A stretch of 64,000 nt of DNA from Eledone cirrhosa (Eukaryota): contig CAXHJY010000871.1 of NCBI GenBank assembly GCA_964016885.1, positions 1-64,000 on the forward strand, written 5' to 3'. The notes below the pieces were generated by a model, which was not told the DNA's origin, did not search any database, and was given only the letters and a program-made list of their open reading frames with translations. Shown here piece by piece: positions 40,601 through 54,400 of the stretch. Within the stretch, counting starts at the first letter, position 1, and each line of letters begins with the position of its first letter. A program made the position numbers and the translations under genes.

Positions 40601-42420
40601 CAGCCAAGGGAAGATAATATTTAAAAAAATTAGGCGGAGATAATTTGTAAAAAAAAATCAGGGGGAGATAATTTTTAAAAAAATCAGGGGGAGATAATTT
40701 GTAAAAAAATCAGGGGTAGATAATTTGTAAAAAAAATCAAGGGGAGATAATTTCCAGCCGTCCAAGGGAAGATAATTTCCAGCCCTCCAAGGGGCTATAA
40801 TTTCCAGCTTCCAAGGGGAGATAATTTCCAGCCAGCGAAGGGGAGATAATTTTTTTTAAAAAATCATTAGGAGATTTGTAAAAAAATCAGGGGGAGATAA
40901 TTTGTAAAAAAAATCAAGGGGAGATAATTTCCAGCCGTCCAAGGGGAGGTAATATCTAGCCGTCCAAGGGGAGATAATTTCCAGCCGTCCAAGGGGAGAT
41001 AATTTCCAGCCGTCCAAAGGTAGATAATATCCAGCCGTCCAAGGACATATTTTCCAGCCGTCCAAGGAGAGGTAATTTCTAGCCGTCCAAGGGGAGATAA
41101 ATTCCAGCCTCCAAGGGGAGATAATTTCCAGCCAGCCAAGGGGAGATAATTTGTAAAAAAAATCAGGGGGAGATAATTTGTAAAAAAAAATCAGAGGGAG
41201 ATAATTTGTAAAAAAAAATCAGGGGGAGATAATTTGTATAAAAAATCAAGGGGAGATAATTTCCAGCCGTCCAAGGGGAGATAATTTTCAGCCGTCCAAG
41301 GGGAGATAATTTCCCGCCAGCCAAGGGAAGATAATATTTAAAAAAATTAGGCGGAGATAATTTGTAAAAAAAATCAGGGGGAGATAATTTGTAAAAAAAT
41401 CAGGTGGAGATAATTTGTAAAAAAAATCAGGGGGAGATAATTTGTAAAAAAAATCAAGGGGAGATAATTTCCAGCCGTCCAAGGGGAGGTAATATCTAGC
41501 CGTCCAAGGGGAGATAATTTCCAGCCGTCCAAGGAGAGATAATTTTCAGCCGTCCAAGGAGAGGTAATTTCTAGCCGTCCAAGGAGAGATAATTTCCAGC
41601 CGTCCAAGGGGAGATAATTTCCAGCCGTCCAAGGGGAGATAATTTCCAGCCGTCCAACGAGACATATTTTCCAGCCGTCCAAGGAGAGGTAATTTCTAGC
41701 CGTCCAAGGAGAGATAATTTCCAGCCGTCCAAGGGGAGATAAATTCCAGCCTCCAAGGGGAGATAATTTCCAGCCAGCCAAGGGGAGATAATTTGTAAAA
41801 AAATCAGGGGGAGATAATTTGTAAAAAAAATCAGGGGGAGATAATTTGTAAAAAAAAATCAGGGAAAGATAATTTGTAAAAAATAATCAGGGGGAGATAA
41901 TTTGTAAAAAAATCAAGGGGAGATAATTTCCAGCCGTCCAAGGGGAGATAATTTTCAGCCGTCCAAGGGGAGATAATTTCCAGCCGTCCAAGGGGAGATA
42001 ATTTCCACCCGTCCAAGGGTAGATAATATCCAGCCGTCCAAGGAGAAATATTTTCCAGCCGTCCAAGGAGAGGTAATTTCTAGCCGTCCAAGGGGAGATA
42101 AATTCCAGCCTCCAAGGGGAGATAATTTCCAGCCAGCCAAGGGGAGATAATTTGTAAAAAAATCAGGGGGAGATAATTTGTAAAAAAAATCAGGGGCAGA
42201 TAATTTGTAAAAAAAAATCAGGGGGAGATAATTTGTAAAAAAAAATCAGGGGGAGATAATTTGTAAAAAAAATCAAGGGGAGATAATTTCCAGCCGTCCA
42301 AGGGGAGATAATTTTCAGCCGTCCAAGGGGAGATAATTTCCCGCCAGCCAAGGGAAGATAATATTTAAAAAAATCAGGCGGAGATAATTTGTAAAAAAAA
42401 TCAGGGGGAGATAATTTGTA

Positions 42421-45400
42421 AAAAAATCAGGGGGAGATAATTTGTAAAAAAAAAATCAGGGGGAGATAATTTGTAAAAAAAATCAGGGGGAGATAATTTG
42501 TAAAAAAATCAAGGGGAGATAATTTCCAGCCGTCCAAGGGGAGATAATTTTTTAAAAAATCAGGTGGAGATAATTTGTAAAAAAAATCAGGGGGAGATAA
42601 TTTGTAAAAACAAAATCAAGGGCAGATAATTTCCAGCTGTCCAAGGGGAGATAATTTCCAGCCGTCCAAGGGGAGATAATTTCCAGCCGTCCAAGGGGAG
42701 ATAATTTCCATATTTCCAAGGGGATATAATTTCCAGCCGTCCAAGGGGAGATAATTTCCCGCCAGCCAAGGGAAGATAATTTTTAAAAAAATCAGGCGGA
42801 GATTGTAAAAAAAATCAGGGGGGAGATAATTTGTAAAAAAATCAGGGGGAGATAATTTGTAAAAAACAATCAGGGGGAGATAATTTGTAAAAAAAATCAG
42901 GGGGAGATAATTTGTAAAAAAAAATCAGGGGGAGATAATTTGTAAAAAAAATTAGGCGTAGATAATTTGTAAAAAAAAATCAGGGGGAGATAATTTGTAA
43001 AAAAAATCAGGCGGAGATAATTTGTAAAAAAAATCAAGGGGAGATTATTTGCAGCCGTCCAAGGGGAGATAATTTTCAGTTGTCCAAGGAGAGGTAATTT
43101 CTAGCCGTCCAAGGGGAGATAATTTCCAGCCGTCCAAGGGGAGATAATTTCCAGCCGTCCAAGGGGAGATAATTTGTAAAAAAAATCAGGGAGAGATAAT
43201 TTGTAAAAAAAATCGGGGGGGATAATTTGTAAAAAAATATCAGGGGGAGATAATTTGTAAAAAAAATCAAGCAGAGATAATTTCCAGCCGTCCAAGGGAA
43301 GATAATTTCCAGCCCTCCAAGGGGCTATAATTTCCAGTGTCCAAGGGGAGATAATTTCCAGCCAGCGAAGGGGAGATAATTTTTTTTTAAAAATCAGGGG
43401 GAGATTTGTAAAAAAAATCAGGGGGAGATAATTTGTAAAAAAAATCAAAGGGAGATAATTTCCAGCCGTCCAAAGAGAGATAATTTCTAGCCGTCCAAGG
43501 GGAGATAATTTCGAGCCAAGGGGAGATAATTTCCAGCCGTCCAAGGGGAGATAATTTTTTAAAAAATCAGGTGGAGATAATTTGTAAAAAAAATCAGGGG
43601 GAGATAATTTGTAAAAACAAAATCAAGGGCAGATAATTTCCAGCTGTCCAAGGGGAGATAATTTCCAGCCGTCCAAGGGGAGATAATTTCCAGCCGTCCA
43701 AGGGGAGATAATTTCCATCCTTCCAAGAGGATATAATTTCCAGCCGTCCAAGGGGACATAATTTCCCGCCAGCCAAGGGAAGATAATTTTTTAAAAAATC
43801 AGGCGGAGATTGTAATAAAAATCAGGGGGGAGATAATTTGTAAAAAAATCAGGGGGAGATAATTTGTAAAAAAAAATCAGGGGGAGATAATTTGTAAAAA
43901 AAAATCAGGGGGAGATAATTTGTAAAAAAAAATCAGGGGGAGATAATTTGTAAAAAAAATTAGGCGTAGATAATTTGTAAAAAAAAATCAGGGGGAGATA
44001 ATTTGTTAAAAAAATCAAGGGGAGATAATTTGCAGCCGTCCAAGGGGAGATAATTTTCAGCCGTCCAAGGAGAGGTAATTTCTAGCCGTCCAAGGGGAGA
44101 TAATTTCCAGCCGTCCAAGGGGAGATAATTTCCAGCCGTCCAAGGGGAGATAATTTTAAAAAAAAAATCAGGCGGAGATAATTTGTAAAAAAAAATCAGG
44201 GGGAGATAATTCGTAAAAAAAAATCAGGGGGAGATAATTTGTAAAAAAAAATCAGGGGGAGATAATTTGTTAAAAAAATAAAGGGGAGATAATTTCCAGC
44301 CGTCCAAGGGGAGGTAATATCTAGCCGTCCAAGGGGAGATAATTTCCAGCCGTCCAAGGGGAGATAATTTCCAGCCGTCCAAGGGGAGATAATTTCCAGC
44401 CGTCCAAGGAGACATATTATCCAGCCGTCCAAGGCGAGGTAATTTCTAGCCGTCCAAGGGGAGATAAATTCCAGCCTCCAAGGGGAGATAATTTCCAGCC
44501 AGCCAAGGGGAGATAATTTGTAAAAAAATCAGGGGGAGATAATTTGTAAAAAAAAATCAGGGGGAGATAATTTGTAAAAAAAATCAAGGGGAGATAATTT
44601 CCAGCCGTCCAAGGGGAGATAATTTTCAGCCGTCCAAGGAGAGGTAATTTCTAGCCGTCCGAGGAGAGATAATTTCCAGCCGTCCAAGGGGAGATAATTT
44701 CCAGCCGTCCAAGGGGAGATAATTTCCAGCCGTCCAAGGAGACATATTTTCCAGCCGTCCAAGGAGAGGTAATTTCTAGCCGTACAAGGGGAGATAAATT
44801 CCAGCCTCCAAGGGGAGATAATTTCCAGCCAGCCAAGGGGAGATAATTTGTAAAAAAATCAGGGGGAGATAATTTGTAAAAAAAATCAGGGGGAGATAAT
44901 TTGTAAAAAATAATCAGGGGGAGATAATTTTTTAAAAAAATCAAGGGGAGATAATTTCCAGCCGTCCAAGGGGAGATAATTTTCAGCCGTCCAAGGGGAG
45001 ATAATTTCCCGCCAGCCAAGGAAAGATAATATTTAAAAAAATTAGGCGGAGATAATTTGTAAAAAAAATCAGGGGGAGATAATTTGTAAAAAAAATCAGG
45101 GGGAGATAATTTGTAAAAAAAAATCAGGGGGAGATAATTTGTAAAAAAATCAAGGGGAGAAAATTTCCAGCCGTCCAAGGGGAGATAATTTTCAGCCGTC
45201 CAATGAGAGGTAATTTCTAGCCGTCCAAGGGGAGATAATTTCCAGCCGTCCAAGGGGAGGTAATTTCCAGCCGTCCAAGGGGAGATAATTTTTAAAAAAA
45301 AATCAGGCGAAGATAATTTGTAAAAAAAATCAAGGGGAGATAATTTGCAGCCGTCCAAGGGGAGATAATTTTCAGTTGTCCAAGGAGAGGTAATTTCTAG

Positions 45401-48400
45401 CCGTCCAAGGGGAGATAATTTCCAGCCGTCCAAGTGGAGATAATTTCCAGCCGTCCAAGGGGAGATAATTTGTAAAAAAAATCAGGGGGAGATAATTTGT
45501 AAAAAAAATCGGGGGGGATAATTTGTAAAAAAAAATCAGGGGGAGATAATTTGTAAAAAAAATCAAGCAGAGATAATTTCCAGCCGTCCAAGGGAAGATA
45601 ATTTCCAGCCCTCCAAGGGGCTATAATTTCCAGTGTCCAAGGGGAGATAATTTCCAGCCAGCGAAGGGGAGATAATTTTTTTTAAAAAATCAGGGGGAGA
45701 TTTGTAAAAAAAATCAGGGGGAGATAATTTGTAAAAAAAATCAAAGGGAGATAATTTCCAGCCGTCTAAAGAGAGATAATTTCTAGCCGTCCAAGGGGAG
45801 ATAATTTCGAGCCAAGGGGAGATAATTTCCAGCCGTCCAAGGGGAGATAATTTTTTAAAAAATCAGGTGGAGATAATTTGTAAAAAAAATCAGGGGGAGA
45901 TAATTTGTAAAAACAAAATCAAGGGCAGATAATTTCCAGCTGTCCAAGGGGAGATAATTTCCAGCCGTCCAAGGGGAGATAATTTCCAGCCGTCCAAGGG
46001 GAGATAATTTCCATCCTTCCAAGAGGATATAATTTCCAGCCGTCCAAGGGGAGATAATTTCCCGCCAGCCAAGGGAAGATAATTTTTAAAAAAATCAGGC
46101 GGAGATTTTAATAAAAATCAGGGGGGAGATAATTTGTAAAAAAATCAGGGGGAGATAATTTGTAAAAAAAAATCAGGGGGAGATAATTTGTAAAAAAAAA
46201 TCAGGGGGAGATAATTTGTAAAAAAAAATCAGGGGGAGATAATTTGTAAAAAAAATTAGGCGTAGATAATTTGTAAAAAAAAATCAGGGGGAGATAATTT
46301 GTAAGAAAAAATCAGGGGGAGATAATTTGTTAAAAAAATCAAGGGGAGATAATTTGCAGCCGTCCAAGGGGAGATAATTTTCAGCCGTCCAAGGAGAGGT
46401 AATTTCTAGCCGTCCAAGGGGAGATAATTTCCAGCCGTCCAAGGGGAGATAATTTCCAGCCGTCCAAGGGGAGATAATTTAAAAAAAAAAATCAGGCGGA
46501 GATAATTTGTAAAAAAAATCAGGGGGAGATAATTCGTAAAAAAAAATCAGGGGGAGATAATTTGTAAAAAAAAATCAGGGGGAGATAATTTGTAAAAAAA
46601 AATCAAGGGGAGATAATTTCCAGCCGTCCAAGGGTGGTAATATCTAGCCGTCCAAGGGGAGATAATTTCCAGCCGTCGAAGGGGAGATAATTTCCAGCCG
46701 TCCAAGGGGAGATAATTTCCAGCCGTCCAAGGAGACATATTATCCAGCAGTCCAAGGCGAGGTAATTTCTAGCCGTCCAAGGGGAGATAAATTCCAGCCT
46801 CCAAGGGGAGATAATTTCCAGCCAGCCAAGGGGAGATAATTTGTAAAAAAATCAGGGGGAGATAATTTGTAAAAAATATCAGGGGGAGATAATTTGTAAA
46901 TAAAAATCAGGGGGAGATAATTTGTAAAAAAAAATCAGGGGGAGATAATTTGTAAAAAAAATCAAGGGGAGATAATTTCCAGCCGTCCAAGGGGAGATAA
47001 TTTTCAGCCGTCCAAGGAGAGGTAATTTCTAGCCGTCCAAGGGGAGATAAATTCCAGCCTCCAAGGGGAGATAATTTCCAGCCAGCCAAGGGGAGATAAT
47101 TTGTAAAAAAATCAGGGGGAGATAATTTGTAAAAAATATCAGGGGGAGATAATTTGTAAATAAAAATCAGGGGGAGATAATTTGTAAAAAAAAATCAGGG
47201 GGAGATAATTTGTAAAAAAAAATCAGGGGGAGATAATTTGTACAAAAAAATCAGGGAGAGATAATTTGTAACAAAAATCAAGGGGAGATAATTTCCAGCC
47301 GTCCAAGGAGAGATAATTTTCAGCCGTCCAAGGAGAGGTAATTTCTAGCCGTCCAAGGAGAGATAATTTCCAGCCGTCCAAGGGGAGATAATTTCCAGCC
47401 GTCCAAGGGGAGATAATTTCCAGCCGTCCAACGAGACATATTTTCCAGCCGTCCAAGGAGAGGTAATTTCTAGCCGTCCAAGGAGAGATAATTTCCAGCC
47501 GTCCAAGGGGAGATAAATTCCAGCCTCCAAGGGGAGATAATTTCCAGCCAGCCAAGGGGAGATAATTTGTAAAAAAATCTGGGGGAGATAATTTTTAAAA
47601 AAAATCAGGGGGAGATAATTTGTAAAAAAAAATCAGGGAAAGATAATTTGTAAAAAATAATCAGGGGGAGATAATTTGTAAAAAAAATCAAGGGGAGATA
47701 ATTTGTAAAAAAAAATCAGGGGGAGATAATTTGTAAAAAATAATCAGGGGGAGATAATTTGTAAAAAAATCAAGGGGAGATAATTTCCAGCCGTCCAAGG
47801 GGAGATAATTTTCAGCCGTCCAAGGGGAGATAATTTCCCGCCAGCCAAGGGAAGATAAGATTTAAAAAAATTAGGCGGAGATAATTTGTAAAAAAAATCA
47901 GGGGGAGATAATTTGTAAAAAAATCAGGGGGAGATAATTTGTAAAAAAATCAGGGGTAGATAATTTGTAAAAAAAATCAAGGGGAGATAATTTCCAGCCG
48001 TCCAAGGGAAGATAATTTCCAGCCTTCCAAGGGGCTATAATTTCCAGCGTCCAAGGGGAGATAATTTCCAGCCAGCGAAGGGGAGATAATTTTTTTTAAA
48101 AAATCATTAGGACATTTGTAAAAAAAATCAGGGGGAGATAATTTCCAGCCGTCCAAGGGGAGGTAATATCTAGCCGTCCAAGGGGAGATAATTTCCAGCC
48201 GTCCAAGGGGAGATAATTTCCAGCCGTCCAAGGGTAGATAATATCCAGCCGTCCAAGGACATATTTTCCAGCCGTCCAAGGAGAGGTAATTTCTAGCCGT
48301 CCAAGGGGAGATAAATTCCAGCCTCCAAGGGGAGATAGTTTCCAGCCAGCCAAGGGGAGATAATTTGTAAAAAAAATCAGGGGGAGATAATTTGTAAAAA

Positions 48401-51400
48401 AAAATCAGGGGGAGATAATTTGTAAAAAAAAATCAGGGGGAGATAATTTGTAAAAAAAAATCAGGGGGAGATAATTTGTAAAAAAAATCAAGGGGAGATA
48501 ATTTCCAGCCCTCCAAGGGGAGATAATTTTCAGCCGTCCAAGGGGAGATAATTTCCCGCCAGCCAAGGGAAGATAATATTTAAAAAAATTAGGCGGAGAT
48601 AATTTGTAAAAAAAATCAGGGGGAGATAATTTGTAAAAAAATCAGGTGGAGATAATTTGTAAAAAAAATCAGGGGGAGATAATTTGTAAAAAAAATCAAG
48701 GGGAGATAATTTCCAGCCGTCCAAGGAGAGATAATTTTCAGCCGTCCAAGGAGAGGTAATTTCTAGCCGTCCAAGGGGAGATAATTTCCAGCCGTCCAAG
48801 GGGAGATAATTTCCAGCCGTCCAACGAGACATATTTTCCAGCCGTCCAAGGAGAGGTAATTTCTAGCCGTCCAAGGAGAGATAATTTCCAGCCGTCCAAG
48901 GGGAGATAAATTCCAGCCTCCAAGGGGAGATAATTTCCAGCCAGCCAAGGGGAGATAATTTGTAAAAAAATCAGGGGGAGATAATTTGTAAAAAAAATCA
49001 GGGGGAGATAATTTGTAAAAAAAAATCAGGGAAAGATAATTTGTAAAAAATAATCAGGGGGAGATAATTTGTAAAAAAAATCAAGGGGAGATAATTTCCA
49101 GCCGTCCAAGGGGAGATAATTTTCAGCCGTCCAAGGGGAGATAATTTCCCGCCAGCCAAGGGAAGATAATATTTAAAAAAATTAGGCGGAGATAATTTGT
49201 AAAAAAAATCAGGGGGAGATAATTTGTAAAAAAATCAGGTGGAGATAATTTGTAAAAAAAATCAGGGGGAGATAATTTGTAAAAAAAATCAAGGGGAGAT
49301 AATTTCCAGCCGTCCAAGGGGAGGTAATATCTAGCCGTCCAAGGGGAGATAATTTCCAGCCGTCCAAGGGGAGATAATTTCCACCCGTCCAAGGGTAGAT
49401 AATATCCAGCCGTCCAAGGAGAAATATTTTCCAGCCGTCCAAGGAGAGGTAATTTCTAGCCGTCCAAGGGGAGATAATTTTTAAAAAAAAATCAGGCGGA
49501 GATAATTTGTAAAAAAAATCAAGGGGAGATAATTTGCAGCCGTCCAAGGGGAGATAATTTTCAGTTGTCCAAGGAGAGGTAATTTCTAGCCGTCCAAGGG
49601 GAGATAATTTCCAGCCGTCCAAGGGGAGATAATTTCCAGCCGTCCAAGGGGAGATAATTTGTAAAAAAAATCAGGGGGAGATAATTTGTAAAAAAAAATC
49701 GGGGGGGATAATTTGTAAAAAAAAATCAGGGGGAGATAATTTGTAAAAAAAATCAAGCAGAGATAATTTCCAGCCGTCCAAGGGAAGATAATTTCCAGCC
49801 CTCCAAAGGGCTATAATTTCCAGTGTCCAAGGGGAGATAATTTCCAGCCAGCGAAGGGGAGATAATTTTTTTTAAAAAATCAGGGGGAGATTTGTAAAAA
49901 AAATCAGGGGGAGATAATTTGTAAAAAAAATCAAAGGGAGATAATTTCCAGCCGTCCAAAGAGAGATAATTTCTAGCCGTCCAAGGGGAGATAATTTCGA
50001 GCCAAGGGGAGATAATTTCCAGCCGTCCAAGGGGAGATAATTTTTTAAAAAATCAGGTGGAGAAAATTTGTAAAAAAAATCAGGGGGAGATAATTTGTAA
50101 AAACAAAATCAAGGGCAGATAATTTCCAGCTGTCCAAGGGGAGATAATTTCCAGCCGTCCAAGGGGAGATAATTTCCAGCCGTCCAAGGGGAGATAATTT
50201 CCATCCTTCCAAGGGGATATAATTTCCAGCCGTCCAAGGGGAGATAATTTCCCGCCAGCCAAGGGAAGATAATTTTTAAAAAAATCAGGCGGAGATTGTA
50301 ATAAATATCAGGGGGGAGATAATTTGTAAAAAAATCAGGGGGAGATAATTTGTAAAAAAAAATCAGGGGGAGATAATTTGTAAAAAAAAATCAGGGGGAG
50401 ATAATTTGTAAAAAAAAATCAGGAGGAGATAATTTGTAAAAAAAATTAGGCGTAGATAATTTGTAAAAAAAAATCAGGGGGAGATAATTTGTAAGAAAAA
50501 ATCAGGGGGAGATAATTTGTTAAAAAAATCAAGGGGAGATAATTTGCAGCCGTCCAAGGGGAGATAATTTTCAGCCGTCCAAGGAGAGGTAATTTCTAGC
50601 CGTCCAAGGGGAGATAATTTCCAGCCGTCCAAGGGGAGATAATTTCCAGCCGTCCAAGGGGAGATAATTTTAAAAAAAAAATCAGGCGGAGATAATTTGT
50701 AAAAAAAAATCAGGGGGAGATAATTCGTAAAAAAAAATCAGGGGGAGATAATTTGTAAAAAAAAATCAGGGGGAGATAATTTGTAAAAAAAAATCAAGGG
50801 GAGATACTTTCCAGCCGTCCAAGGGGAGGTAATATCTAGCCGTCCAAGGGGAGATAATTTCCAGCCGTCCAAGGGGAGATAATTTCCAGCCGTCCAAGGG
50901 GAGATAATTTCCAGCCGTCCAAGGAGACATATTATCCAGCCGTCCAAGGCGAGGTAATTTCTAGCCGTCCAAGGGGAGATAAATTCCAGCCTCCAAGGGG
51001 AGATAATTTCCAGCCAGCCAAGGGGAGATAATTTGTAAAAAATATCAGGGGGAGATAATTTGTAAAAAAAATCAGGGGGAGATAATTTGTAAAAAAAAAT
51101 CAGGGGGAGATGATTTGTAAAAAAATCAGGGGGAGATAATTTGTAAAAAAATCAGGGGTAGATAATTTGTAAAAAAAATCAAGGGGAGATAATTTCCAGC
51201 CGTCCAAGGGAAGATAATTTCCAGCCCTCCAAGGGGCTATAATTTCCAGCGTCCAAGGGGAGATAATTTCCAGCCAGCGAAGGGGAGATAATTTTTTTTA
51301 AAAAATCATTAGGACATTTGTAAAAAAAATCAGGGGGAGATAATTTGTAAAAAAAATCAAGGGGAGATAATTTCCAGCCGTCCAAGGGGAGGTAATATCT

Positions 51401-54400
51401 AGCCGTCCAAGGGGAGATAATTTCCAGCCGTCCAAGGGGAGATAATTTCCAGCCGTCCAAGGGTAGATAATATCCAGCCGTCCAAGGACATATTTTCCAG
51501 CCGTCCAAGGAGAGGTAATTTCTAGCCGTCCAAGGGGAGATAAATTCCAGCCTCCAAGGGGAGATAGTTTCCAGCCAGCCAAGGGGAGATAATTTGTAAA
51601 AAAAATCAGGGGGAGATAATTTGTAAAAAAAAATCAGGGGGAGATAATTTGTAAAAAAAAATCAGGGGGAGATAATTTGTAAAAAAAAATCAGGGGGAGA
51701 TAATTTGTAAAAAAAATCAAGGGGAGATAATTTCCAGCCCTCCAAGGGGAGATAATTTTCAGCCGTCCAAGGGGAGATAATTTTTTAAAAAATCAGGTGG
51801 AGATAATTTGTAAAAAAAATCAGGGGGAGATAATTTGTAAAAAAAAAATCAGGGGGAGATAATTTGTAAAAAAAATCAGGGGGAGATAATTTGTAAAAAA
51901 ATCAAGGGGAGATAATTTCCAGCCGTCCAAGGGGAGATAATTTTTTAAAAAATCAGGTGGAGATAATTTGTAAAAAAAATCAGGGGGAGATAATTTGTAA
52001 AAACAAAATCAAGGGCAGATAATTTCCAGCTGTCCAAGGGGAGATAATTTCCAGCCGTCCAAGTGGAGATAATTTCCAGCCGTCCAAGGGGAGATAATTT
52101 CCATATTTCCAAGGGGATATAATTTCCAGCCGTCCAAGGGGAGATAATTTCCCGCCAGCCAAGGGAAGATAATTTTTAAAAAAATCAGGCGGAGATTGTA
52201 AAAAAAATCAGGGGGGAGATAATTTGTAAAAAAATCAGGGGGAGATAATTTGTAAAAAACAATCAGGGGGAGATAATTTGTAAAAAAAATCAGGGGGAGA
52301 TAATTTGTAAAAAAAAATCAGGGGGAGATAATTTGTAAAAAAAATTAGGCGTAGATAATTTGTAAAAAAAAATCAGGGGGAGATAATTTGTAAAAAAAAT
52401 CAGGCGGAGATAATTTGTAAAAAAAATCAAGGGGAGATTATTTGCAGCCGTCCAAGGGGAGATAATTTTCAGTTGTCCAAGGAGAGGTAATTTCTAGCCG
52501 TCCAAGGGGAGATAATTTCCAGCCGTCCAAGGGGAGATAATTTCCAGCCGTCCAAGGGGAGATAATTTGTAAAAAAAATCAGGGAGAGATAATTTGTAAA
52601 AAAAATCGGGGGGGATAATTTGTAAAAAAATATCAGGGGGAGATAATTTGTAAAAAAAATCAAGCAGAGATAATTTCCAGCCGTCCAAGGGAAGATAATT
52701 TCCAGCCCTCCAAGGGGCTATAATTTCCAGTGTCCAAGGGGAGATAATTTCCAGCCAGCGAAGGGGAGATAATTTTTTTTTAAAAATCAGGGGGAGATTT
52801 GTAAAAAAAATCAGGGGGAGATAATTTGTAAAAAAAATCAAAGGGAGATAATTTCCAGCCGTCCAAAGAGAGATAATTTCTAGCCGTCCAAGGGGAGATA
52901 ATTTCGAGCCAAGGGGAGATAATTTCCAGCCGTCCAAGGGGAGATAATTTTTTAAAAAATCAGGTGGAGATAATTTGTAAAAAAAATCAGGGGGAGATAA
53001 TTTGTAAAAACAAAATCAAGGGCAGATAATTTCCAGCTGTCCAAGGGGAGATAATTTCCAGCCGTCCAAGGGGAGATAATTTCCAGCCGTCCAAGGGGAG
53101 ATAATTTCCATCCTTCCAAGAGGATATAATTTCCAGCCGTCCAAGGGGACATAATTTCCCGCCAGCCAAGGGAAGATAATTTTTTAAAAAATCAGGCGGA
53201 GATTGTAATAAAAATCAGGGGGGAGATAATTTGTAAAAAAATCAGGGGGAGATAATTTGTAAAAAAAAATCAGGGGGAGATAATTTGTAAAAAAAAATCA
53301 GGGGGAGATAATTTGTAAAAAAAAATCAGGGGGAGATAATTTGTAAAAAAAATTAGGCGTAGATAATTTGTAAAAAAAAATCAGGGGGAGATAATTTGTT
53401 AAAAAAATCAAGGGGAGATAATTTGCAGCCGTCCAAGGGGAGATAATTTTCAGCCGTCCAAGGAGAGGTAATTTCTAGCCGTCCAAGGGGAGATAATTTC
53501 CAGCCGTCCAAGGGGAGATAATTTCCAGCCGTCCAAGGGGAGATAATTTTAAAAAAAAATCAGGCGGAGATAATTTGTAAAAAAAAATCAGGGGGAGATA
53601 ATTCGTAAAAAAAAATCAGGGGGAGATAATTTGTAAAAAAAAATCAGGGGGAGATAATTTGTTAAAAAAATAAAGGGGAGATAATTTCCAGCCGTCCAAG
53701 GGGAGGTAATATCTAGCCGTCCAAGGGGAGATAATTTCCAGCCGTCCAAGGGGAGATAATTTCCAGCCGTCCAAGGGGAGATAATTTCCAGCCGTCCAAG
53801 GAGACATATTATCCAGCCGTCCAAGGCGAGGTAATTTCTAGCCGTCCAAGGGGAGATAAATTCCAGCCTCCAAGGGGAGATAATTTCCAGCCAGCCAAGG
53901 GGAGATAATTTGTAAAAAAATCAGGGGGAGATAATTTGTAAAAAAAAATCAGGGGGAGATAATTTGTAAAAAAAATCAAGGGGAGATAATTTCCAGCCGT
54001 CCAAGGGGAGATAATTTTCAGCCGTCCAAGGAGAGGTAATTTCTAGCCGTCCGAGGAGAGATAATTTCCAGCCGTCCAAGGGGAGATAATTTCCAGCCGT
54101 CCAAGGGGAGATAATTTCCAGCCGTCCAAGGAGACATATTTTCCAGCCGTCCAAGGAGAGGTAATTTCTAGCCGTACAAGGGGAGATAAATTCCAGCCTC
54201 CAAGGGGAGATAATTTCCAGCCAGCCAAGGGGAGATAATTTGTAAAAAAATCAGGGGGAGATAATTTGTAAAAAAAATCAGGGGGAGATAATTTGTAAAA
54301 AATAATCAGGGGGAGATAATTTTTTAAAAAAATCAAGGGGAGATAATTTCCAGCCGTCCAAGGGGAGATAATTTTCAGCCGTCCAAGGGGAGATAATTTC

